Assembly (NCBI RefSeq): GCF_001194135.2
Contig: NC_068993.1
Location: 146,817-210,816, forward strand
Direction of reading: 5' to 3'
DNA: 64,000 nucleotides
Source of the DNA: Octopus bimaculoides
Lineage: Eukaryota
The position numbers were made by a program, and so were the translations under genes. This document shows, one piece after another, positions 47,762 through 61,822 of the stretch. How positions within the stretch are numbered: position 1 is the stretch's first letter; each line of letters begins with the position of its first letter. The notes beneath the pieces were generated by a model, which did no database searches, was not told the DNA's origin, and saw only the letters and a program-made list of their open reading frames with translations.

Positions 47762-47771
47762 NNNNNNNNNN

Positions 47772-47809
<38 letters not shown>

Positions 47810-50800
47810 GCTGCTTTCTGGTATACGAGTAAAGCCATTGCCAGAAAGAATCATTGAAATGAGTCATTGGTGATGCAATGTGAGGCCGTTGTATGACTTT
47901 TGAACCTGGCCAAAGATTTGCCCATTTTGTTGCCTAATGTACAGCTGTGCTGGCTGGCAGAGGGGACAGGTGCCACACCATGAAGTCTTTCGGCATGCCT
48001 TTTCAATCGTCTGACAATATTTGTGTGTATTTGTATAAAAATATAAGGGGTGGATGAAGCTCCTATGTTTAAGAAAGTCGTGAAGGCAATCTATCTTGGA
48101 GAAGGTAACTCTGAATTCAAACCCTCCACTGCTGTTGTGGTTAACCTTTGTCTGGACAAGGACTGGGAGAAGGACACACTCTGATAATAATAGTTGCAAG
48201 TGCAAATGCACCCAATGATGTCAACCTCTTTTTGGATCGTGCTTTGTAGTTTAGGGAGTGCGGTTAGTTTAGAAAGCATGAAGCAGGGGTATTGCTTGAA
48301 AGGAAAAGGAAAGGAGCATCTTGCATGTCCATGGCTGACTGAAGCCAAAAAAAGACACATTCAAACAATAAAAGTTTGATATGAATACTGAGGTATCCCA
48401 GTGGGAGGCCATTGCAAAACCGAAAGAGTCATCTACGAAGCTAAAGTGGTAGCAGCAGCAGCTTTCCCAAGGACTGCTACAGCAGCAGTCTTTGGGAGTA
48501 TTAATACCAACAGCAGCAGCATCACTAGCAATAACAACAACAGCAGCAATCCCTTGTTGACAGAGTAACAAAGTCTTTTCCTCTTCCATTTTCAAGAGGG
48601 GCCATTGGCCAACAGGTTTTAGGGTTTGAAGAAACACTGTAAAGCTAAGTGCTTTATGGACTGAAACCCAAGGTAACCGTATAGACCAGCCAAATCTATC
48701 TTTATCTATCTACTCTATAACTTCTTTTGGAATATTGGTTGAAGCGATTTGCAACCTTTGTCCATTATCTCATGAGGATCTTCCTCTCCCTTGGGATCTT
48801 GTTCCATTTTGTGTTGGCCTTTTACTCTGGGACATTTTTCTGGCATATGGTTTGCATAACAGACATAAAATGCCATTGACTGAAATCAGTAAATAGCAAA
48901 ACACTGAAATATCCATTTGCCAAATAAATAAATTAAACAATTAAAATCTTTTATTTCTTTTATCAGACAATGAATATCAAAGCTTCAAATGAGTGTGAAC
49001 TATGTAAGGTATTTGGTACAAGGTCAAAGCACATTTTATCATCTTTTATAAGCAAAAATAAAAAACCAGTTATACTTACTTCAACTGGAGAAGTTAAACC
49101 TTTATCTTTTACAAAAAAGAAAAAATTACCCAGATATAAAGTTTTTCTGAAAAAGTTGTCTGAAACCTGTAAGTAAAACAAAAATATTTCTTTTGTTTTT
49201 TGTAACTATTTTGCAATATGTTATCAATTTACTTCAAATTTGAATAGATAAGAAGTCTTGACTTTGCCACCATCACCATCAGACCCTGCACTGATAACTT
49301 TTCCTCCAATTCTTCCCTCCCAGAATAACAATTCCTTGGCATCAACTATATCAGTATCACCTAGCTGATGGGGAGGGGCTATGCAGGAGAAGTACACTGC
49401 TTCTTCATTGACACAAAAATCATTATTAAAAAAAGATAAAATAAAATAACAATTAAAATATGAACATACTGATAGTCCACTGACTGAAACTAGTAAAAGA
49501 TTCTTGTCATATATAGTTCAGGTGATGTTACCAGCAGAGGTAGGAGCTCTCTGAACTTTGCCCAGCCTATTCTTATTCTAGCAGCTACTCTCTCAGAGCA
49601 TCCACCCCTGCTACTGACTTGGTCACCTAGGTAACGGAAGCTATCAAGTACTTATAGTTTTTTCCCCTGGCATTTGATAGAGTCTATTTTCTGTACATTT
49701 TTCCTATTAATTGTACCTGTGCACCTTCCACACACAAAAACTATTTTCCCTGTTAACCTTCTGATATTGCTGCACCTCTCATGTGTTCATAGTTAACACC
49801 AGGTGTATTTATGGAGTTTCTACCTACACCTTTACTACAGATTGAGTTGAGCCATCTACCTGAAGGGATTTGTGATTTGTCTGCTCTCCTACTTACTAAG
49901 ACTTTCGTTTTTTGCCAGATTAACTCTAAGGCCCTTTGATTTTAGACTTTGCTTCCATCTCTGAAGTTTCTTCTCCAGTTCTGGAAGTGATTCGGCTTAT
50001 ATATATATATATATATATAAAAATGATGTGTGTGTGTGCACGCGCGCATGTGTATGTGTTGTATTTCTTTGGATTAACTACCCTCCTGAGTGCATTACAC
50101 ACACACACACACACACGAACATGTCTTCATCTAGAGCTAGGTTAGTCATTTAAATAAGTTCCTGTAATAATTATATTTTAAAAATCAGAATATAATCATG
50201 ATGCAAATTTATGACACGATATTTGATTGACAATTAGATTATAAGAAACGAGTCCATTGGTAGTGTTTTACGTGTCTTTTAATTTATAGCTGAAAGTAAT
50301 GCCCCGAGCAGTAAAGAAGAGTTGGGGGAGAACACAGAGAAGACACAACAAGATTATCAATCAAATATTACACAAGTAAGAATTACTAAATACTTACATC
50401 TTTCTTATCTGCTGTCACTCTCAATGCTACCATAAACCTCTGTTGTCCCCTACACCACTCCTATATCTCTCACAATCATTTGCTACAGTCACCTCTATCC
50501 TGTCGCTAACCATCTTTCTTCACACTCTTAAGAAGCTTCCTCCTTTATACCCCCCCCCCTCACTTTCCCAATCAGTCCAATCCTCTCTACCATTTCACCT
50601 GTGTTCTTCACCCCCCCCCCCAACTGTACTTTGAAAGTATGGTCTCAGCACGTCTGCACTTATCCTCTTTCACACTTTCTCATTCTAATCCGATATCTCT
50701 ACCCCTCTCTTTCTCTCCTTTCTTTTCCTACTGGGGAAATTAATAAAGAATTTTTAAAATACAAGAAAAATTGTTCTATTTCATACATTGACTGATTTAT

Positions 50801-53800
50801 TATAACAGTTCAATTTTACTTTGATCACCAGGTAAAAAGTACTGCTAAGTCTTTGATTGAAGCAGCAGAAAAATTATGTATGCCAAAGGGATTAAAATCT
50901 CCAGCTAAAACAGGATATACTGCAACTCCTCATCAAAGTATTCCTAGTGAGTTGTATTTCTTGTTTTTATGACAGTCATCTAATAAACTTAATATTCAGA
51001 AAGGATCCTCTATTCTATTGTCATTCATCAATTTACTAGATTCACAAATCAAATTGCATGAACCTTTTTTGATAGCAATCCACCTGAGACCATCTCCACA
51101 AAAATATCCATCTTCAAGTTCATAGAATTACAATGAAAATTTCATTAAAACATGAAGCACATCATGGGAGAAAGGGAGTCTTCCCTATGTGAACCCAATA
51201 GAGGGACTAGCTGTTTGTGTTGACAGTTGTATGATAGATAAGGCAATTAAGGATATGAAGACAGGGACAGCCCCTGACCCATTAGGAGTCACTGCTGAGA
51301 TACTTAAAATATCTGGCTGGGTAGGATAGAGTCCAGTCACCCAAATAGTTAATCAGGGTATTCAGGAGGGTGTCATCCCCAATGACTGGTGTAGCAGCAT
51401 TATAGTCAGCTGCCACAAGGGTAAAGGAGATGCCTCAGGTAGAAGTAATTACAGAGGCATCAAGTTGCTGGATCAGGTCATGAAAGGGACAGAAAGAGTT
51501 ATAGCCCAGTTAATTAGGAGCAGAATCGGATGAGATGAAATGCAGTTTGGCTTTGGGCCTCAGAGAAGCACTGCTGATGTTATCTATATAGTCAGACAAC
51601 TGCAGCAAAAGTATTTGGCCAAGAATAAACCAATGGTATTTGTTAACTTACAGAAAGCCTTTGACAGAATTCTCTGTTGTATGACATGGTGGGCTCTGAG
51701 GAAGTTAGGGGAAGACGAGTGGCTTGTGAAAGCCGTACAAGCCATGTACAGAGGTTCTGTCAGTAAGGTGAGAGTTAACCACGAGTATTGTGATGAATTT
51801 AGTGTAGAGGTAGGCATTCATCAGGGTTTGGTTCTCAGTCCCCTCCTATTCACAACAGAAGAATTCAAGACTGGCAGCCCCTGCTCTTATAGCAGATTCT
51901 GTAACAGAACTAGAAAAGAAATTCCAGGTGTGGAAACAAAAGGCCTTAAGGTTAACTTTTAGCAAAGACTAAGGTTCTAGTAAGCTAGAAAACAGACAGG
52001 ACCCTTCCTCTATCAAGTAAATGTATAAAAGGTCTAGGAAGGAACACCAGTACAAGCTATGACACAAGAGCTACAATGGAATAATAAGAAAGTTTCAATG
52101 TACATGTGCAACAGAGCTTTAGTGTCATCATCATCATCATCATCATCGTTTAGCGTCCGCTTTCCATGCTAGCTAGCATGGGTTGGACGATTTGACTGAG
52201 GACTGGTGAACCAGATGGCTGCACCAGGCTGCAATCTGATCTGGCAGAGTTTCTACAGCTGGATGCCCTTCCTAATGCCAACCACTCCGAGAGTGTTGTG
52301 GGTGCTTTTACGTGCCACTGGCACAAGGGCCAGTCAGGCGGTACTGGCAATGGCCACGCTCAAAATGGTTTATTTTACGTGCCACCTGCACAGGAGCCAG
52401 TCCAGCGGCNNNNNNNNNNNNNNNNNNNNNNNNNNNNNNNNNNNNNNNNNNNNNNNNNNNNNNNNNNNNNNNNNNNNNNNNNNNNNNNNNNNNNNNNNNN
52501 NNNNNNNNNNNNNNNNNNNNNNNNNNNNNNNNNNNNNNNNNNNNNNNNNNNNNNNNNNNNNNNNNNNNNNNNNNNNNNNNNNNNNNNGGACGGTGCTCTT
52601 AGCGCTCCACTGGCACAGTCTAACACCTTCTATTCCACTGTTCAATAAAAGATGTTTTTAAGAAAGAGATTCTAATCCTCCGTCCCCCTCTCTCTCTCTC
52701 GCCCTTTCTCTCTCTATCCCTCCCCCCTCTCTGCTGTTAAACTTTATGATTATCTTTTCTTCCCTTTCAGGATCTCCAGGATTAGTAAAGCTAAAGGATA
52801 CTTGGCAGTAAGTGTCATCATCATTATCATTATAATTTACTGCATCATCATCATTGTATGGGGGGGGGGGTGCATGGCCTAGTGGTTAGGGTGTTGCACT
52901 CATAATCACAAGATCACGGTTTCAATTCCTAGGCCAAGCAGTGCAGAAATATGAAGCATTATGTTAGTCTTTTAGTAAGAAGTGTTGCCATCAAAAAATT
53001 TCGTAGAAGCTTCAACTATGTTTCACACATGAACCTGCTGGTTAAAATTCCTATATTCAGGTTTCATCCGTCTCTTTTAAAAGCTTCCTACCATGGCATA
53101 TGTCTTAATGGAACTCCTTCACCCAACTCTTTGATAATTCTACTGTGTCACAAGGTTTAGTTTTGTTCCTCACACTCTTCCTACCTACTTGCCATTACCT
53201 CCCACAATATCTACCCCTATGTAAGCATACCACCCTTTATTCTTCCAGAGCCAAGTGTCAGCCCATATTTAACCTTGACACTTCAAACCTGCCCTGACTC
53301 CATTAACACAAATCTAAAAAAAACATTTTATGTGAATTCATAAATCTTGTCTTCTTCCACTCAATCACTGCTTGTATTAAGCATCATACATCCATTGCTA
53401 AATTATTATTAACATTACAGCACCTAAATTATCAATATACAAAGGGACAAAAAACTATTGGTCTTCTTAAATTATTTATATTTAAGGGTTTGATGTAAAA
53501 TATTTATTTTCTTACCTATCTATATTTATGGGCGTGAGTGTGTGTTCTAAATACCTAACAATCCACAATATTAATTACAATATGAATGTATACAGTAATT
53601 TTATTCAAACACAATCTTAGAAGTTCATCTAAGTTTTCAATGTTGTTATTTTCTTCCCAGAAGGGTGTAGAGTATTTGAAACAAGAAGAATTATTAACAA
53701 TAAATGTTGTAGAATAAAAGAAAGGTTATTTCACAAAATTAGGATAAAGTGTTTTATTTTTCGTATTTCATTGAGTAAACAGAATATGGCTTTCGAATAT

Positions 53801-55370
53801 GTGACAATTTATTTCATACTAATTATTCACTTTTGGTTAACTTGTGTATGTTGTTTGATGGAAATATATATAAAATTTTCTATGAATAAATTTTTCTGTT
53901 AGATTTTCAGATCCTGATATTCAAAATGCAGATAATCAAGATGCTTTAAATCAGAAAGACAAATCATCTGACCTATTCCCTAAGTTGGATTCGTTAAGTT
54001 TGTTTCAATCTATTTTATTTAATTTGTTAAAACTTTATAAATTTATTAGTTAAATTTAGTTGATGGAAAGTATGGAAGCCTAGCATACATTACCATCATT
54101 ATCATTGTTTTAAGAGCCACTCTCCCATGCTTGCATGACAGGTGCCCTTCCTGTTGCCAACCTTCATGTGTTTCTAACGAAATTAGTATTTCCTCTTAGC
54201 TGGACATATTTTCATGGAAGATTGAAAGTGAATGAGTCCACTTGCATGATGCTGATGCTTGTTTATCAGATGAGGCCAAGACAAGAACTCACACTCGCAT
54301 GCACACTTCACATACGTGTGTGTGTGTGTGTGTGTGCTGTCAGATGTTATCCATAAATCAGGAACAAAAGCACAGTCAATATAAGTCACAGAGCAGAGTT
54401 ATATTTTCACAGTCAAACAATGTTACAAGTTATGGGTGTATAACTGGTCAGAAAGTTGGTCTTGTGCTGATTATTGCCACTAAACAATATTGACGTCTCT
54501 GCAGGTATACTAGCTGGAAGTAACATGGCTAGAGGTACATAGACTAGGTTCATTTGGCAATAGTATGAAGATGGAACAAAATTTTAGTGGAATATAAAGT
54601 TAGGTGAAGATGTAATGCAAAGACAGGAGGAAAAAAGAGTTATTAATCCCATGGATTGATGTTAAAAAGTCACACTATAAAAACGGGTAAATGAAAATTT
54701 TAAGGTTTGAAAGATGTATTGAAATCCCTGGATGGTGAAATTGATAGTAATAATAATAATAACCAAAATTGTTGTTATTGGCAATGAAGAATAATTTTAT
54801 TTGTAATAAAGGGTAAATCGTAGTTCTGCCTCTGAAGTGGAAGGTGTATATGAAAAACTGAGGGATTTGCATGTGTGAGACAAGGTTTTTCACATTGAGA
54901 AAAACCCAACAATTTTTCAACTGGAATTCAAATCATAAAAAGACACCTTCCATTATTAACTGATGAAAGTATGAAAGATCAGACCGAAATGAGACATTGT
55001 CAGTGTAGTTTTTCACATGTATGTGTAAGGGGAAATAACCATTGCCATACCAACATTAGTTGAGTTTGTAAAATCATACCACCGTTGAGATTTTTATAAT
55101 AGAAATAAAAAGAATGGTGAACATAACAGGATAAAATAAAGTAAATGTTAAAATAAATGCTACAAAAGTTGGTGTAAAGACAAGGAATTATAAATCATAC
55201 TGCTAGGTTAAATAGGTGTAGGGTTGGTTGGTGACTATTTTCTTGCTAATGTATGTATATGTATACTGTCACTTACAATTCCCTAGAGGTAAAATACAAT
55301 CAGGTAGTTTACATTTTTTTCCACCACATATGCATTCAGTAGTGCCTGTGTTATTATCAGCAGCAGTGGC

Positions 55371-55402
<32 letters not shown>

Positions 55403-55559
55403 ACTTTGGCTATTTTTTGTACCATTGTTCCCTTTTTTTTTTCAGAGACTAATGATCAAGAAGGAAGCATGACTATTCACCAACAAGTAAGTGTGTGTAT
55501 AACGCTTTCACAGTATATTGACAACAGAGAGTAATCTAGTATTAGAGCACACACACACG

Positions 55560-55611
<52 letters not shown>

Positions 55612-58600
55612 CAAATAATAAGCAACACGGATTTCAAAAGTGATTGCAGTACGCACGTTTCATGCTACTTCAATTTATTTAAGTAATGTGAGCATTACCT
55701 TAAATGCAATATGAAGAGCAATCTTCAGCTGCACGAAAAAATGTAGAAAAAAAGACATTACAAATGTGGCTACATATTAAAACCAAGTGGGAGAGAGCAG
55801 AGGAAGAATATATAAGTCCATCTGATAGACCCTGCTATGTCAAGATGGACTTATATATTCTTCCTCTGCTCTCTCCCACTTGGTTTTAATATGTTGCCAC
55901 ATTTGTAATATGTCTTTTTTTCTACATTTTTTCGTGCAGCTGAAGATTGCTCTTCATATTGCATTTAAGGTAATGCTCACATTACTTAAATAAATTGAAG
56001 TAGCATGAAACGTGCGTACTGCAATCACTTTTGAAATCCGTGTTGCTTATTATTTGATTTTAATCACCCATCCTTTTGGGATGTGATATTCGGGTGCCTT
56101 CGCATAAGTACCATATTCAAGCCTTGAATCTATATATATATATATATATATATGTGGCAAAGTGAGTGGTAATTGAAAGAGAGAGATAGAGTGAGGCAGA
56201 GAAAGAGAGGGGGGTAATGGTCAGACCACGAGGAAGAAAAATATTCTTTTGGGATTTGTGTAGCATAATTTAACGAGACAGCAAATGTTGATAAATAGTA
56301 AAATAGAATTGAAAAATCTGAGAGTTTTCGGTCAGCTAATCTAAGACAAAATTAGAGAAATAAGTGACTGTGTGATAAACTTTAATAAATGAATAAATAT
56401 GTTGCGGTTAAGGAAATGCATGAACTAAGGTTATCTTAAAGCAACAACGAGGAAGACAAAACTATTGAAATTATATTTACATGATGACATGGTAATGAAA
56501 TCTATGGAAGAAATTGACCAAGGAAGGCCATGCTATGGTCAAATTTTGCTTCACAGGTAAATGGTTATATAATAGTCTGCAGACCTCTCCAACCACTGTT
56601 AATATGTAAAAACAAAAATTCAAGACACAGAAACAATATATTCACACAAGACATTTAATAAAGTGATGGTTTACTAGTAGGGTTTATTTATTTCTTTTAT
56701 CAATTTCTTTAAATTAAATTCAGTTGAATTTTAATTAAATAATTGATATTAACTGTTATGAAATTCTATAAACAGATATTAAAGACAATATCAACTCCTA
56801 TCTCTGTGACCAAGGAAGACATTCTCAATTTGAAAGATGCATTTGTGAAAGTAACGCCAAAAATACCTGAGAAGGAGGAGAAAGTTTCTGCATCATTGGA
56901 AAAGAGTGAACCACAGGCATTGAAGAAAATGAAAGAAGAAATAGCTTTAAAGTCAACAAAAATAAAGCAATTCTGTAAGATTACCCACCATAATTTTTGT
57001 GGGGCAACCAATGAATTTCAAATTCCATCTCCTTTTACAAAAGCCACCTGGAAATATCATACACCAAGCAAATACCAAACACATTTTCCTATCAAGTCAT
57101 GCAGAGTAAAGTATTTGTTTTTATACTAAATTTACTCATAAATTACTGTTCTATTAGGGTTTATTTAAACTGGACCAATATATATAAATGTTTTTGCTTT
57201 TTAGTTTACTAATATTTCTCTATGAAATTAATTGCTCACTAGAAAAATTGTACTGTTGATGCACCATATACAAGCCTTGTCAATTCACTCTATACATACT
57301 CTGTTGAAGCACCATTTACATGCATTGTTGATAAGTATGTTTTCATGTACATGAGAACACATTAATTATTGCCAACTAAGTCAGTCTCTCTTTAGCTTTT
57401 TGCTGTTCATTTAAAGACCCATTTAATTGCTTGAAACTTTAAGAAAAACTTGTTGAAAATTTCCTTGTAATCATGATTAGCTAATACAATATTTTTTATT
57501 TACTTTCAAAAAACTTCTTATCATATATAAAGCAAAACAAAACTAGTTTATAACATATTTAGTTCTGTATCTTAAGCATGTTTCATTAATAATGAGAAGA
57601 AAATAAATTATATAAGGAAAACCTAAGCAGATTGCTTTGTCAAAATCTTCAAATTATATAACTCTCATTAGTAACCTTTAGTATTCATACTAGACTGCCA
57701 ACAATATTACAGTATCAACTCAGCATTCCAGAATCAATACTAAAGGTTACTAACAAGAATTACACAATCTCTGAAAATTTGACAAAACAATCTGCTTATA
57801 AAGTTTTCCTTGTGTTAAGTGGCTATTTATTTCATTGTTATTGAAATGCATTCATGGTGAAGTAACTAAATATTTTATGAACAAACTATAGAGTCCAACC
57901 ATATCAAACTTGGACATTTTTGTCCAAGTCCTTCTCACAGTTTTCCTTCAGAATATACGTGAATAGAGACATAGTTCTAAATACTGGTAATTTGTTGTGC
58001 AATTTTTATCTAAATCACACTAAATTAATATATAATATAATATATATCTTTGGAACAGTGAAACTCAAAGCAGGTAACATTAATAATAGTGTCTTTGTAT
58101 AGAAGAAGTCTGAAGCTACTTGTGGCACTCAAATCCAAATTTTCTGTAGACATGACAGATGTTCTACCATTCACTCCTTTGAATTTCTTTTTCCATTTTA
58201 GAATCTTCAAGAGAATATGAAATAAATCTATTTTGAAATGGAGAAGCTCAAAGCAGATCAAGATTTCTATCCAAGTGGTTTTCTTAACCCAATATTTGCA
58301 CACTTTTATTTATAGCTTTATCTGCTTCAAGATCCATCATTCCAAAAAATGAATTCATATTGTCTTGAAGTTTCTAAATTCTTATGACATCAGATTATTG
58401 ACACAGATAGTTTGACAAAATTCTCAATATTGACACAGTGTCAGGTGGTGGTGTTCAACTTTTCCTACAGAAACTCGTCTTTTTACAGAAAATAAATTTC
58501 ATTTCTCTATTTCGATTAAAAACCTTCCTTCATTGACAATATTTGAATTAGATCCTACTTGGAGAAAAAAGTTGTGGACACCTGTAAATAGTCTTTAAAA

Positions 58601-60531
58601 TGAATTTCTTACCAAATAGTAATTCTAAAATAACTTTGTATTTTCACAGAAATACCATTTGCTGTCTAAAAATGCTTTCAAATAATTAATAAGCATATAA
58701 ATTAAGAAATTGTTAAATTCCATGAATTCTCAAGTTTTTATCTTTGTACATTCATTGAAAGAATATTCTATTTTTCAATAAGAAAATTCTTTATAACTTA
58801 TCAGGAAAGTATAACAACAAACCGTTTGCCAGATGATGATGATGGCCAAACTACATTCACTGCCAACATAATGATGGATTGTGATTTCAAAAAGGATTTA
58901 AATGAACTGGAGTCTAATGCTGAAAAGCTAGTAAGTAAACTGAAATCCTTTATGTAAAGCTGGACATGTTTGAAGCTGGCTTTTTTTGTGGAACACCCTG
59001 CTTGAAACTGATTTATAAAGTAAGATAAGAAATGTGTGTGTGTGTGTGTATAAAGTTAGGGTAAATCCCAGCTGTTTCCTCTTGAAGTACATCTGCTTAT
59101 TCCAATATTACAATTGATGTGTATTTATAGTTGGTGCTATATACGAGTCAAAATACATATTAAAATTGAGAATAATGGAAAAGTTATCTGCAGAGTTAAT
59201 TTATAACAAAACGGGGAAAATGGAGATCTTTTGGTATTATTTATTCTCCATTACACATGTTTCATTTGCTAATAGGAATCACAAAGATTTACATGTTAGA
59301 TAGACATGTGAAGAATTTCCTATTAGAAAGTCTTCAAATAAAGAATTATTATAATTATTCTTTATCTGAAGAACTTGTCATCTTTTCCATCTCACCTATT
59401 CTTTACACTCTGCCACCACCATCCTCATCTGGCAAATTATCTGCACCCAGCCAGGCATCATCAGTTTACCTGTCAGTATTTCAAAACAATCACACATACA
59501 CACATGTACAACCACATACTTACATCCACTCACACACAGCACATTTCACAGTAGGGGGTTTGGCTAAATTGATCAGGTGGCATTTGGGGTGAGAGGCAAA
59601 GTTTAGCTCGTAGTCCTTGAGTGTGATGAAGCTAATTGCCATCTTTTGGGTTTTACTGTTAATGTTGTTGTATGTGTTTGGGGAAGCATGCCTGTGTTTC
59701 TGTGTAATTGTCTAAAAGGCTATCAGGTGTGTCTCTATTTTATATTTGCTTTTAGTCTTATCCAAGAAGAGTAAGGACTTGTCAGAGATTTTTATTTGTT
59801 ATATGTCTGCACAGAGTTTGTGTTGAAAAAAGGAAGAAAACTTACGGAGTCTTCGCTTGGGGATGATGCCCAATAGGTCTGCTTCAAAGGTTTCAAGCTC
59901 TTTGCTCCTGGGTGGAAACCTACTACATCTGATCCTGTACATGTTGGCATGCCTTGTTCAAAGAAATACACCTTGCATCTCATGCACCAGAAGAGGTCTA
60001 CCATTTTCTCTAGCAGCATTTTTGTATAGACCTCATTGGACAGTGTTGGAATATTCTTTGTAGAATAACCAATGTCGTAACATTGCATATTATCCAAGAG
60101 TTTGTGGGAATTGTGAATGTTCAGAGAACGCAAGGCATCGGTATAGATTGATAAATAAATTAATTAGAATTATTTGAGTATATACGCACATTTACATGAC
60201 ATAAATTATACATCAAATGAATGTTGAATAGGTATTCTTAGAATTAAAAACCTTGCACATCTAATCTATAATAAATGGACATTTACAGTTACATTAAATT
60301 TTAAAATTTAAATTGGCATCTTCCAGTTATACAAATAAAAATATATCTTTCTGAAGAATTTTTCTGATTTTAATTTCCTGATATTATTTCACAATATAAT
60401 ATATATAATCACTCATATTAAATGTATAAATACTTTAATAGTATTAATACTTTGATACGAAAGAGCACTCACTGTAAATTCAGTATACAATATCCTCATT
60501 GAATATATTTAACTAAAGATTTATATACCAT

Positions 60532-60589
<58 letters not shown>

Positions 60590-61781
60590 CATTGTACTTA
60601 GCTATCTTTCTATTTGTCTACACCCTATCCACCTACTTTCTTTCCTACCTATCTACTTACCCAACCATCTATCCTATGTTTGTCTCTACTTACTCATCAA
60701 CCCTATCTTTTTACATATTAATATATTTCAGCTTTCTGAGCTTCAGATCACAATTGAAGGAAACGAAGTCCCAACAATGCTCAATGATGACCTGTATTTC
60801 TGGACATTATCACCACCGAAACTTAATATAACTGCAAAGCATGTTAAGAGATTAATGTTTCCTCTCTACCAACAATCACAAGCTTCAGATGTTTTACATT
60901 ATAGAAAAATTGATCAATCGCAGCAGTTTACTCCAACTTTTAGCCACGTATCACCAAAAGAGGGCCACAAGGAAGGGCAGAATGTTGTGTAAGTTACAGT
61001 TCCATCTTTCTATGATTTTGTTTGAAAGTAAGGTTTCGCTGAAGATTGTTTTGTAGGATGAAGAGAAACAGACGAGATAAATATCTAAAATAGCAGTATG
61101 TTTAGGATTTATTTGGATGTAATAAACTGTAACTGGGAGTATTCTGTGTATGTGTGTCTACAAGGTATGTTCCAAAAGTATATTCTCCTGCCAAAACTAG
61201 TGCTGTGTAGGCAAAATCCTTTGAGTGGGAGACGGTGCCACCCTTCTTGTGCATGCATGAAAACTTTCATGCTGGCAGGCTCTGTCAATTCCCAGCTGTT
61301 ATGCCTTTGAGTACAGATGTAAGTGCATGCTTGTTGGATTTTCGTTTACACGTAAGATGACCAAACACATTGAGCAAGAGACCCTAAACCTATGTTTCAT
61401 CATCAATGATGATGGTCTTCATGAAGTCTGGCATGTGGTTTGCACAGTCCATCTTGTCCTGAGTGATTTCCCTGTTTTTGCTGCTCTGCCAGCACCTTGG
61501 GGACAAATTTTACCTACGCACTCTCTGCATGCACAAATCCCCAGTTAAATTGGAATGCACTGATTTTGCATTTATTCCCACTTCATGAGTAATTTCTTGG
61601 ATTGTTACACAACAGCTTTCCATGATTATTTGCCAAACCTTCTCAATCAACTCCTCATTTTGGCTTGTAAATGGCCTACCTGAGCTGGATGCCCTTCACA
61701 TACATACACACACTTTAAGGTAGTACTTCATAATGGCAACGATCAAATGACTGAAACAAGTAAAAGAACGAAAGAATATAC

Positions 61782-61822
<41 letters not shown>

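Noticed and set aside
52870-52945. tRNA gene
   Set aside because: It has A/B-box-like motifs but no complete cloverleaf and matches the SINE head at 787-915.
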